Assembly: GCA_001804815.1 (NCBI GenBank)
Contig: MHBI01000087.1
Location: forward strand, 9,558 to 73,557
DNA length: 64,000 bases
DNA from: Lentisphaerae bacterium GWF2_50_93
Lineage (GTDB): Bacteria > Verrucomicrobiota > Lentisphaeria > Victivallales > GWF2-50-93
Reading direction: 5' to 3'
Part shown: in pieces, positions 24,435-36,600 of the stretch
Numbering within the stretch: position 1 is the stretch's first letter
Layout: each line of letters starts with the position of its first letter
Notes under the pieces: generated by a model
Told to the model about the DNA's origin: nothing
The model's input: the letters and a program-made list of their open reading frames with translations, nothing else
Database searches by the model: none
Program-made: the position numbers and the translations under genes

Positions 24435-24634
24435 AATTTCAGTAAGCGTTAAGCTGCCTTTTGGCCGTAGGCAATTGGGCATATCTTATTAAAGTATGCC
24501 GGTGGATGTTTATCCCGATGAACATCGGGACCGAAACCGGCACGAGGCTTCCCGAGGCTGTTTGGCGCTCGGGAAGCCATACTTGATTGCGTAAATGAGG
24601 CTGGCATACCCAGCTTAACGCTTACAAATTTCAG
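24435..24634. mobile_element. MITE-like element with 14-15-bp terminal inverted repeats, internal hairpins and flanking 8-bp direct repeats
   Basis: The TIR is gtaagcgttaagctg (24442-24456) against cagcttaacgcttac (24611-24625). AATTTCAG occurs on both flanks (24435-24442 and 24627-24634). Internal hairpins are cccgat-gaac-atcggg and cttcccgag...ctcgggaag. A solo right-end copy, catacccagcttaacggttac, lies at 27509-27529. Confidence 0.45.
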
Positions 24635-24736
24635 GACAAATTCTGCTATTCCGTCAGGCAAACCTTTTCAGCGTCATCCCATGGGACGGAAGTGAAATTG
24701 TTTGGGATTTGGAAATTGGATTTTGTAATATAAACT

Positions 24737-26431
24737 ATGATTATGGACATGCTGTCGAAATATCTCGATGCGGCTCTGCCGTTCATACCCCTTTTCGGGG
24801 CGGCGGGCCTTTTTTTATTCTGGTTCCGGATACTGCCCTTCTCAAAGGGACCGTCATGTGACAGGACGTATGTGAGATACAAGCATTTCTACCTCATGTT
24901 CGGACTGTTCGGACTTTTCCTGTCCCTGTGCGTATTTGCCTATAACCACTTTCCAAGAGATGTGGAGAAGAACCTTGAGGCGGCCTTCTATCGAATCGGC
25001 GCCGAACTCGGAGATGCGGAGTCGCAATATAAGATCGGCAACATGTATCGCGATGGGCAGGGCGTGGATCAGGACTATGGAACGGCCGCCAGATGGCTGC
25101 ACAGGTCGGCCCGGCATGGATATGCCTTTGCCCAGAACAACCTTGGTTCCATGTATTACAGGGGGGAGGGCGTTGCACAGGATTACAGGAAGGCGTTCTA
25201 CTGGACGCGGAAGGCCGCTCAAAAAGGGAGCGCCATATCACAGAACACTATTGCTGTCATGTACTACAGGGGCCAGGGTGTTGCGAAGGATGTATCGAAG
25301 GCCAGGGAGCTGTTCGTGAAATCCGCAGAGAAAGGGAATTCAATCGCCCAATGTTACCTGGGTTTCATCTATGAGGACGGTGAAGGTGTCCCGAAGGATT
25401 ACGCAAAGGCCATGGAATGGTATCGTAATTCGGCCGACAAGGGCAATGCCTCCGCCCAGGCGGCCATGGGTGAAATGTACGGGAAAGGGCATGGCGTTCC
25501 AATTGACAAGGCGAAGGCCCTGGAGCTGTTCCGCAAGTCGGCCGATAAGGGGAATTCATCCGCCCAGAATGATCTTGGAATGCTGTACTTGAAAGGTGAG
25601 GGCGTCCCACAGGATGATTCCGCCGCCATCGGCTGGTTCCGGAAGGCGGCCGCGCAGGAGAATATTGATGCCCAGTTCAATATGGGCGTCATGTATGAGG
25701 ACGGACATGGAGTGCCTCAGGATTATGAACTGGCTTTCGAATGGTATCGGAAGGCCGCCAGCCAGGGGGATTCATCCGCGCAGAATAAGATCGGCATGAT
25801 GTACAGCATGGGGGCAGGCGTTCCACAGGATTATGCCAGGGCGGTTGAGTGCTACATGACGTCGGCTGGAAAAGGCAATCCAAAGGCACAGTACAACCTG
25901 GGCGTGATGTACGAGAAGGGAAGGGGAGCCCCCCAGGATTTTACAAAGGCATTGGAGTGGTATCAGAAGTCTGCTGACAACGGCCTGCCGAAGGCCCAGT
26001 ATTATCTGGGTAGCATATACAAGGAAGGAAAGGAAATACGTCAGGATTACGCCAAGTCCGAGGAGTGGCTCTTCAAAGCGCATAAGAATGGAAGCAAGCA
26101 GGCGTTGAACACTCTGGCATACCTCCTGATCGAACAGGGAAAGAAGCTTGATGACGTCAGGAAGCTTCTCGAAAAGGCCGTTGAAACGGAGCCGGAAAAC
26201 GCCATATACAGGGACACCCTCGGATGGGTCATGTACAAGCAGGGCAGCTATGATGAAGCCTTGAAAGGCCTCCAGAAAGCCTCCGAACTCCTGCCTGAAG
26301 ACGACACGATCAGGGGGCATATCGCCGAAACCTATGTGATGCTCGGTGACAAGGCAAAAGCCAGGGAGCACTGGTCGAAGGCCGTCGAACTGAGATTGCA
26401 TTCCATGAAAAGACATGAAGACGATGAGTGA
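24737..26431 (+). CDS. Membrane-anchored Sel1-repeat protein with C-terminal TPR
   Basis: N-terminal TM segments. About 10 Sel1 units follow the pattern A..W..KAA.QG...AQ..LG.MY..G.GV..D. The C-terminus has TPR-like units. Confidence 0.9.
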   Translation: MIMDMLSKYLDAALPFIPLFGAAGLFLFWFRILPFSKGPSCDRTYVRYKHFYLMFGLFGLFLSLCVFAYNHFPRDVEKNLEAAFYRIGAELGDAESQYKIGNMYRDGQGVDQDYGTAARWLHRSARHGYAFAQNNLGSMYYRGEGVAQDYRKAFYWTRKAAQKGSAISQNTIAVMYYRGQGVAKDVSKARELFVKSAEKGNSIAQCYLGFIYEDGEGVPKDYAKAMEWYRNSADKGNASAQAAMGEMYGKGHGVPIDKAKALELFRKSADKGNSSAQNDLGMLYLKGEGVPQDDSAAIGWFRKAAAQENIDAQFNMGVMYEDGHGVPQDYELAFEWYRKAASQGDSSAQNKIGMMYSMGAGVPQDYARAVECYMTSAGKGNPKAQYNLGVMYEKGRGAPQDFTKALEWYQKSADNGLPKAQYYLGSIYKEGKEIRQDYAKSEEWLFKAHKNGSKQALNTLAYLLIEQGKKLDDVRKLLEKAVETEPENAIYRDTLGWVMYKQGSYDEALKGLQKASELLPEDDTIRGHIAETYVMLGDKAKAREHWSKAVELRLHSMKRHEDDE

Positions 26432-27213
26432 AGTAGGTACGGGCCGTTCCATGGATTATTGGATTGCTGGACCACGCCATGGCGTGGCAAGTTATGGACT
26501 TGTCCCGCTTCGCGGGATTGTTGTAAATCAAAGACTAATGCAAAATAAATCATATGAGAAAAATCCATTTTCTTGATCTTCCGGAGGACAAGGGATCTGC
26601 TGAATTCGTAGTAGCGCATGTTTGCGCGTTAGGTAGGTACGTGCTTCAGCATGTACCATGAATTCCAGGGTAAAGCAGACATTCCTGTCTGATTATTGAA
26701 CATTGAATGCAGACAGACAGGAATGTCTGTCTTACCTGAGAGGCAAATCCAGTGGTGGCAGATATTCTATCCCGAGCTGTAATAATTACAGGCAGCTTCC
26801 GCCGTTGGGCAGCCTTCGCCGAAGGAAGCCCGTACGTTTTTCAATAGGCAGGGCGATACGTGACATGATCATGGACAGTTCCATTTTGGCGAAATCCGGC
26901 CTGGCAGTTGCCTTAGGAACTGTGTTTTTTTGAGTTTGAGTTTTTTTCTTTTTCATTTTTGACCAAGATATTTTTAGCATCCATAGTAGAAATAATATAA
27001 CGGGGATATGGTTCATCTTCAACTGTTTGAAATTCTAAGCTCCAAATAATTTAGGCCTTCTCAAGTAAGACTCTTGCACGGGAGTCAGCCATTCAGCGGG
27101 GCAGGCGGCGAACTCTACATCTGAAAGAATTGTCGGCAGGATGCCAGCGCTCCATATTACATGCAGGGATTCAGCGAGGATTCTGCTCCCACGTCCGCAG
27201 ATCAATGAATCTG

Positions 27214-27327
27214 GCATTTAAAGTAGGTACATGCTTTAGCTTGTACCAGGAATTTGAAGATTGGTACAGGCTGAAGTTTACCCGCCTGCGGCGGCGCCAT
27301 AGGCGACCAGGGCCCGTACCTACTTTA
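27214..27327. repeat. TIR-bounded hairpin element (long copy), upstream flank of the giant gene
   Basis: Sequence is ggcatttaaagtaggtacatgctttagcttgtaccaggaatttgaagattggtacaggctgaag[about 36-bp insert]cccgtacctactttaa. A short copy lies at 44393-44467. A partial copy is at 26651-26685 and a solo end, aagtaggtacgggcc, is at 26431-26445. Confidence 0.7.
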
Positions 27328-27598
27328 AGAAGCCTGCCCACCCCAAAACCCGCTCCATCTTTCCACCTCAAACTGGACATTTTGAGTCTAAAAGGGATTT
27401 TTCCTCATAAGTAGGGCGGTTTTCCCGCCCCGTCGAATGACTGGGGTTAAACCGCCAACCAAGTGTCGGGTTAAAACCCGACATACTTTCAGGAACAAAC
27501 AGCCTCATCATACCCAGCTTAACGGTTACCAAACGCGTTTATCCAACCAATTTCAACTAATTTTCTTGTTCAGACCCCTGTTTAAATTCGAAAACCCC

Positions 27599-27627
27599 TT
27601 GAAAATCAACGGGTTTGCTGATAAAAT
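27599..27627 (+). promoter_or_regulatory. Sigma70-like promoter TTGAAA-N17-TAAAAT for the giant gene
   Basis: The -35 ttgaaa is at 27599-27604, the spacer is 17 nt, and the -10 taaaat is at 27622-27627. It lies about 40 nt upstream of ATG 27669, which has an AGGGGG RBS. Confidence 0.4.
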
Positions 27628-27668
27628 ACGTTGCGCTTAATTGTAAATATTGCCTAGGGGGCCTTCTT

Positions 27669-30600
27669 ATGTCTAAAAAAATCTTTCTGTTTGTTTTATT
27701 GGCATTCCTTTATCCATTGTTTTCAATTTGCCAGGAATACCAACCCTCATTCCATAAAAAGAATGACCAGAGGAGCGTGTCTTCAGATTCATCTTGGTAC
27801 TTTTTCAATTGTATGCAGAATTTGAAAAGTACAATTGATGCTGATGGCTGGCGGCTTGAGTCAGATACGAAAAGAAAGAACGAGCCTTCTTGGAAATGGC
27901 TCTATTCGTTGAAAAGCTTAGGAAGAGATACGGAGGATAAAATCAGTTTTTCCAATCCGGAGAATAAAGACATTTCATGGAGCGATGCCGAAACTATATC
28001 AATTGACCGAACTGTCCTGGTCGAATGGTATAAGAACTCAAGCGCAGGAATTGAGCAAGGATTTACAATAAAAGAAAAGCCTCAAGGCAAGGGCCTCTTA
28101 AAACTTTCCGCCCAGATATCTACGGATCTGATAGTATCATCCTCTAGCAATGATCAGATTACTTTTAGCACTGTCAACTCAGATGTGTTGAAGATAGGAG
28201 GCTTATGCGTCCGCGATTCTCGTAATAGCAAGTTGCCATCTGTCTTTGTTTACAACTCCGAGCAGTCAAGTATAACTGTTTCAATAGATGACAGTTCTGC
28301 TGTTTATCCAATCGTAGTTGATCCATTGGCAAGCTCACCGAGTTGGACTGCTGAATCCAATAAGGCTTTTGCTGAATTTGGTATGTCTGTAGCATCTGCT
28401 GGAGATGTCAATGGTGATGGCTATTCCGATGTGATTGTGGGGGCGATAGAGTATGACAACGGTGCGACCAGTGGTAAGGTCTATGTTTATTTTGGTTCAG
28501 CTACTGGACTTTCAGCTACTCCTGCATGGACTATGGAATCAGATCAGGCAGATGCCTTTTTCGGATGCTCGGTATCCTCGGCTGGAGATGTCAATGGTGA
28601 TGGCTATTCCGATGTGATTGTTGGTGCATCTAATTACAGTAATGGGCAGGCTGGCGAAGGTCGGGCATACGTTTTTCTTGGCTCAGTTTCTGGACTTTCA
28701 GCCACCCCCGCCTGGACAGCGGAATCAGATCAGAGCGATGCTGCGTTTGGAGGATCAGTTGCATCTGCAGGCGATATAAACGATGACGGCTATTCCGATG
28801 TGATTGTTGGTGCGCCATTTTATAGTAATGGGCAGGCCAGCGAAGGTCGGGCATATGTTTTTCTTGGCTCAGCTTCTGGACTTTCAGCCACCCCCGCCTG
28901 GACAGCGGAATCAGATCAGAGCGATGCTGCGTTTGGAGGATCAGTTGCATCTGCAGGCGATATAAACGATGACGGCTATTCCGATGTGATTGTTGGTGCG
29001 CCATTTTATAGTAATGGGCAGGCCAGCGAAGGTCGGGCATATGTTTTTCTTGGCTCAGCTTCTGGACTTTCAGCCACCCCCGCCTGGACAGCGGAATCAG
29101 ATCAGATAGGTGCTAAATTCGGCGATTCAGTCGCGTCAGCCGGAGATGTCAATGGTGACGGCTATTCCGATGTGATTGCGGGAGCATCCAATTACAGCAA
29201 CGGGCAGCTTGGCGAAGGTCGGGCATATGTTTTTCTTGGCTCAGCTTCTGGACTTTCAGTCACTCCCGGTTGGACTGCTGAGTCAGATCAGGAATATGCT
29301 TTTTGTGGTTACTCAGTCGCTTCCGCAGGGGATATCAACTCCGATGGTTACTCTGATATTATTGTTAGTGCCTGGAAATTCACGAATGGGCAGATTAATG
29401 AAGGCAGGGTGTATGTTTATAATGGTTCTTCATCGGGACTTTCAGCTACTCCTGCTTGGACTGCGGAATCAGATCAGGCAGAGTCTCGTTTTGGTAATTC
29501 AGTTGCTTCAGCCGGAGATGTCAACGGCGATGGTTGCGCTGATGTGATTGTAGGGGCTGATTGTTATGATAACGCCGAAGAAAATGAAGGTAGGGCATTT
29601 GCTTACTATGGCTCAAGGAATAATATAACTTACAGTAATACTGCATTTATCGAATCCCAGCAGAACAACGGGATGGTCGACAATTCGATGCCGGTGGTGT
29701 TGACATTGACCGGCGACACATTTGCTGCAAACATGGATGAGGATTTTACTATGACCGGTAAGGTCACGGTAAGCAATCTCCCTGCGGGCATGACAGCATC
29801 AATCATCAAGACCAGCGACACTACTGCAACCATTCAAATCTGGGGTTCCGCGGCAGCCCATGACAAGAATGACGATATTTCCAATCTCACCATCGCATTC
29901 CAGGATTCCGCGTTCACCGGAGGGAATGCTGCGGCAATCACGAACTCCACGAAGAACGATCTTGTGATCGACTTCTTCGGGCTCACAGTTTCCAGCACGG
30001 CCGATACAGGTGCGGGCAGCCTCAGACAGAGGATAGCGGATGCTGTTGCGGGTGACGTGATCGGATTCGCCAATAATCTGGGCACGATAACCCTGAGTTC
30101 CGAGATCACCATCGACAAGTCCATCGATTTCGACTCGATGAGCCCGGAAGACGTCGTGATCAGCGGAAACAACGCCTGCAGGATCTTCAAGATCTCCGGA
30201 ACTGGCACGCTCGAGGTTTTCCTGAGCGGACTGACCCTCCAGAATGGAGCGGCACAGGACGGTGCGGCAATATACATCAATGGAGCAGATACTGCGGAAA
30301 AAACTGTTGTTATTGAGAACTGCATCATCAAAAACAATAACGCGACCCGGTATGGCGGTGCGATATTCGCGGATTCTCCTTCTGATATTACATCGAATCT
30401 TGTTATCACATGCAGCACTCTTACCGGGAACAAGGTGTTGAGCGGAGCGAATTCCGTCTATGGCGGTGCCATATATGGAACCGCCCATCCCAGTTCGACA
30501 ATACCGAGCCTCTTAAATGTAGTGCTCATACAAAGTACGTTATCAGGGAACACTGCTGAGGCAACTGGCTCCATGTCCGCATATGGTGGCGCTGTCTGCA

Positions 30601-33600
30601 TGAAGAATATTGCCGGATTGGTGTTTGCTCCTCTCTTTATTTTTAATTCAACCTTGTCCTCGAATGTTGCGACTGCTGCAACAGCTGCAAATGGAAAATG
30701 CGGTGGTATATATCTTGAAAACATCGATGGCATGCCAGCCGATGCGAATTATTCGGCAACTTTCCACAGCTCTGTAATTGCAAGCAACACACATACAGGG
30801 GCGACTTTTTTTGGTCCTGACATATATAAGGGGACTTCTGTTACCATCGATACAAGGGCCGGCAATGTCGGCAGTTCTTTTAATCTTATTGGAACATCTA
30901 CCGGCGGCCATGCCATAACCAACGGCATCAACAACAATATCGTAGCTGCGATAACCGGACTTGCAGCCCTTGCCGACAATGGCGGTGAGACGCCGACAAT
31001 GGCTATCACAAGCGGCAGCAACGCAAGGAATACCGGTTCAATTGATGCTCTTGAAGCATTTATACTCTCTAGGGGAATAGTACTTGATATCGCATACGAC
31101 CAGCGCGGATATGGATATGACAGGGAACTTGATGCTGCGCCTGACATCGGCGCGTTCGAACTCATGGATCCGCTTGTCCAGCACACTGTCGCTTTCAACG
31201 TCTTCGAGGGCGGTACGATCAGTGGGACGGCATCGCAGAACGTCAACCATGGTTCTGACTGCACGGCTGTGGAGGCTGTTGCAAGCACCGGATACACCTT
31301 CAGGAACTGGACGGGACCGAACTTCTATTCCATATCAAACCCGCTGCTTGTTGAGGAAGTCGTCGAAGACCTGGCCATCACCGCAAACTTCGACATCAAC
31401 AGCTACACGGTAAATTATCTGGTAGGCGAAAACGGTTCTATCAGCGGCGACACGACCCAGAATGTGTATTATGGGTATGATAGCACTCCTGTATTTGCTG
31501 TTGCAGATTCCGGGTATCATTTCGTCAACTGGAGTGATCTTTCCATCGAGAATCCTAGATCCGACAATATCACCGGCGTATTGTCCGTGACTGCGAATTT
31601 CGCGGCGAACGACATCAGTTCCGGGCTTGTCGCGTATTATCCGTTCAGCGGAAACGCCAACGACATGAGCGGGAACGGACACAACGGTACAATTAATGGC
31701 ACTGTCACTTCTGTTGCAGATCATTTGACCGATCCGGGCAAGGCATATTCCTTCGGAGACAACAATTATATAGAAGTGCCACATGCCGCCGATCTCAGCC
31801 CCGCGAACCAGATAACGATCTGTGCCTGGGTCAAGCTGGACTCCACCAATGGAATTCAACCGATAGTTAATAAGGAAGACAGCGCCTCTGGTCCAGGGTA
31901 CACTCTTGAATTCGTCTCGGGCACAAACAATGTGGCCCTGATCATTGATGGTCTGGATCTGACGACCAACGCTGTCGCGGTTCCAATTGGCGAATGGCAT
32001 TATGTGACAGCGGTCTTTGATGGGACGAAGGGCAATGTCTTTGTCGATGGAGTAGGGGCGGAATGGGTTTATAAGACCGGAACTATTCCAGCCACCACGA
32101 GCCCGCTCAACATTGGCAGGGACATGTATAATAACAGGTTCATCGATGGCTGCATAGACGAAGTCAGGATATACAACCGTGCGCTTGCTCCTGAAGAATT
32201 CCAGATGCTCAACAGCAGCTCGTACCATGTCATATCGGCATCCGCAGGAACGAACGGATCTATTGCGCCGTCCGGCGCAATAAACATTCTGGAAGGTGAC
32301 AGCAGGACATATACTATCACTGCAAATCAATATTACCATGTTGCGGACGTCCTTGTCGATGGAAGTTCAGAAGGGGATATCACAAGTTATGAGTTTACAA
32401 ATGTAAACTCATCCCATACCATTTCCGCGACATTCGCACATGACACTGCGACAATTACCATGGCCGTTGATATCGGCGGCGGAAGCACGACTCCGACGGC
32501 TGGTCCGCATACCGTTGATACAGAAACACCTGTTGATATTCTTGCGACTCCATGGGCAGGCTATTATTTTGTGAACTGGACTACTTCCGGCAACTGCACT
32601 TTCAACGATACGAACTCCGCCAGCGCGAATGCAACACTGAGCGCCAATGCATGGGTGATAGCCCACTTTGCGCTCAATACTCCGGGGTTCACTTTGAGCA
32701 AGAGCACTTCGATCGTATCAGAGAATGCAGGAACGGATACTTTCACGGCGGTCCTGTCGACACAGCCGACGTCGAACGTAGTGTTTGACTTATCGAGTTC
32801 GGATGCAGGACAGGCGACTGTCAGTCCTGCCACTCTTACATTCACGACGGCAAACTGGAACACACCGCAGGAAGTGACCGTCACTGGCGTAAATGACGAT
32901 GTCCTGGGAAATCATTCGGTTACGATAACGGTTGCAGTAAACAAACCATCCTCGCCTCCCAATTATATTGCTGTTGCCAATAAGACAGTTTCAGTCACGT
33001 GCAGGGATGATGAGTTCTTCTCTATGCCGATGGACATGGCCTGGGATAAGACGTTCGGAGGGGCTTTGTCTGATAAGATTTATTCCATGATACAGACTTC
33101 TGACGGTGGATATATACTTGGTGGGCCATCCAGTTCGAATATGTCCGGTGAAAAGAGCGAGAATTCCAGAGGGCTGAATGATTACTGGGTAGTGAAGATT
33201 GACGCCAGCGGCAACAAGGAATGGGATATGACTTTTGGCGGAAGCAATGATGATGGTTTACACTCTTTGATTCAAACCTCTGACGGAGGATATCTCCTTG
33301 CCGGCGAATCTTCATCAAATATATCTGGAGACAAAAGTGAGAATTCCAATGGTTTGACTGACTATTGGGTGGTAAAGCTTGATTCGAATGGAAACAAGCT
33401 ATGGGATAAAACATATGGTGGAAGCAATAATGATATTTGCTTCAAGGCAATCCAGACCTCCGGCGGCAACTTCCTGCTCTTCGGATCTTCAAATTCAAAT
33501 GTCTCAGGGGATAAGTCAGAGAATGCAAAAGGCGGCTATGACTTCTGGATCATTAAAATTGATTCCAGCGGTAACAAGATTTGGGACAAGACAATTGGCG

Positions 33601-36600
33601 GTAATGGCGCTGATTATCCAGCTTCAATTATAGAAACCAAGGATGGCGGATTCCTTTTATCTGGACAGTCAACCTCCGATATTTCAGGGGATAAGAGCGA
33701 AGATTCAAGAGGTGGTTTCGACTATTGGATTGTCAAGGCTGATTCCAGTGGCTTTAAACAATGGGATAAGACTTATGGAGGGAATGACGTCGATAATTTA
33801 TGGTCCATAATTCAAATCACCGATGGAAGCTATTTCCTCGCTGGTGAATCCTCGTCAAATATCTCTGGAGATAAAAGTGAAAGTTCAAAAGGTTTTATGG
33901 ATTATTGGGTGGTTAAAACTGATTCTGTCGGCAATAAGATTTGGGACAAGACATATGGTGGAACTAATTATGATAATCTTTCTTCTGTAATTCAGTCAAC
34001 GGATGGAGGATATTTCCTCAGTGGAAGTTCCATGTCGAACATTTCTGGAGATAAGACCGAGAATTCAAGAGGAGCCTCTGATTTTTGGATAGTCAAAATT
34101 GATGCCGGTGGAAACAAGCAGTTGGATAAGACTATTGGAGGAAGTCTTGAAGATGAGATAGGTAAATCTATTTATACTTCTGATAATTGTGTTTTCCTAG
34201 GCGGAGCCTCCCTTTCCAACATTTCCGGAGACAAGAGCGAAAACGGCCGGGGAGGTAACGACTTCTGGATCGTTAAGCTTGGGTATTCCAAATACAATGT
34301 CAGCAAGAAGGCGATCACGGTTGCGGAGAATGGAGGAAGCGATACCTTCAACGTCGTGTTGAATGCGAAACCCGCAACTGACGTGGTGTTTGATGTTGCA
34401 AGCTCGAACACCGACGAAGCGACTGTCAGCCCGGCACAACTCACTTTCACAAACGCCAACTGGAATACTCCACAGGCAGTGACGGTTACAGCTGTCAATG
34501 ATTCAAAACTGGGGACTGATTCCGCCAATGTGACCGTGAGCATCAACACCGCCTCTTCAGACGATTCGTTTGACGATGTGCCCAACAGCATTGTCGCCAT
34601 CACCTGCACGAATGACGATGTCGCGGGAATGACCCTGAGCAAGAGCAACATGACCATCGGCGAGAACGGCGGACAGGATACGTTCACAGTTGTTCTGACG
34701 GCCCAGCCTGTATCAGATGTCGTGCTGGACGTTTCAAGTTCGGCGACTGGCCAGGCGACAGTCAGCCCGTCTTCGCTTACCTTCACTAACTCCAACTGGA
34801 ATGCTCCCCAGACGGTTACAATAACAGGAGTCAATGATTCTTTGATTGGAGATCATGCTGCGACAGTTACAGTTTCGGTAAATGATGCCTCTTCCGACGA
34901 TGGGTTTGACGCAGTTGCCAATAAGACGGTGGCGGTGACATGTACTGACAATGATTATACTTTGACCTACAGTGCTGATGCCAATGGTTCGATTGGTGGA
35001 ATAGCTTCCCAGATAGTTGATGGAGGCGCCAATGGCTCACAGGTTAACCCTAATCCGAATGTCGGTTACCACTTCGTGAACTGGAGCGACGCATCTACTG
35101 CCGATCCGAGGACTGATACAAACGTTGCCGGAAATATCACGGTCACTGCGAATTTCACAATCAATACATATTCAGTTGTATTTGCTGCAGGTGCTCATGG
35201 AAGCCTGACGGGAGATGATAGTCAGGCAATTGACCATGGTGCGGACGCAACGGCGGTGACAGCGGTTCCTGACGGCGGATTCCAGTTCCTGGGATGGACT
35301 GGCACGATCACAAGCGTTGTGAACCCGCTGACGCTGACGAATGTCACCGGCAATGCTTCGCTCACTGCGAATTTCGCAAGTACTTCTCTCAGCAACGATA
35401 CGCTTGTTGAACATCAGGCGGCGGGAACTCTTGTAGGTACTCTTTCGACAGTCCATTCGAACGTCGGCGAGGACATCGTCTATACGCTTGTCAGTGGAAC
35501 CGGCAGCGACGACAATGCGTCCTTCACGATAGATGGAAACAGCCTGAAGGCAGCCGCGATATTCAATTCCTATGTGAAAAACAATTACAGCATACGTATA
35601 AGGTCTACCGATGAGAGCAATCTTTATATCGAGAGGCAGCTGACGGTATTTATCGTTCCTGCTCCTCTTGCTCCTCTATCCGGACTTGTCTCGACCTGGA
35701 AGGCCGAGGACAACGCCGAGGACTCGGTTGGAAGCAATGATGGAACGGAGGTCGCAGGCGCTACTTATGCCAATGGCATATTTGGCAGGGCTTTCAGCCT
35801 CGACGGCACTGATGATGCGATACGTGTTCCCGCAGACGCCAGCCTGAACGTTACAAGCTTCACAATGTCTGCATGGATCAAGCCAAACGTAAGTGCTTTG
35901 ATGGCGGTGTTTGAATGGAACAGGGAAAGCGACGTAGTGCCGGCGTTCGGTCCGGAATTGATATGGACCGATAACAAATTATGGGGAAATATTACCGAAC
36001 AATCGGAAACTCACATTGAATCCGCCACCGGTCTTATCCAGGCTGGAACCTGGTCTCATGTGGCGTATGCCTATGACTCCGCCAGCGGCAACTCCGCAAT
36101 ATATCTCAATGGTTCACAGGTGGGTGCTGGAAACGTCGGCGCTCCTGGAATGCATACCGAGTACCCGGTCTATATCGGGAGCCGTCCCTTCGCCCACGTC
36201 GGCGCCGGCGGTACATTTTTCTTCAACGGGCTCATCGACGAAGTAAGCCTTTACGACCGTGCACTGACAGCCACAGAGGTCGGTGATTTGTCCAGGCAGG
36301 TGCCGGATGCGTTCAGCTTTGCCGCAAAGACCGGGATGCCGGTAAGCACAGTAATTGTTTCAGAACCTGTTGCGATTTCAGGAATAACGGTGCAGTCGGC
36401 GATAAGCGTTGCCGGCGGCGAATATTCGATATCCACCGATGGCGGCTCGAACTGGAGTGCCTGGACGAACACGGCAGGTCTTGTCAATCCGGATTCATTA
36501 GTGATGGTGAGCCAGACTTCCTCGGCCGCTAATTCGACATTGACAAGCGCGACACTGACCATCGGCGGTGTATCCGCCAGCTTCGATGTCACTACGGCGG

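Noticed and set aside
24288-24882. Small minus-strand ORFs (64-78 aa) in the non-coding tract upstream of the Sel1 gene
   Set aside because: They overlap the MITE-like element and other repeats. They have no RBS, no motifs, and one runs antisense into the Sel1 gene start.
27035-27217. 60-aa minus-strand ORF (…ILAESLHVIWSAGILPTILSDVEF…) that faintly resembles the C-terminus of a HepT/DUF86-type toxin
   Set aside because: The resemblance is too weak, it lacks the RxxxH motif, and there is no partner gene. At best it is a decayed remnant, so it was not called.
31335-32339. 334-aa minus-strand ORF and many other 60-270-aa antisense or out-of-frame ORFs inside 27669-44030 (for example 29799-30488, 42897-43709, 43631-44212)
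   Set aside because: All are nested in the uninterrupted 16.4-kb sense ORF, whose translation shows recognisable domains throughout. None has independent support.
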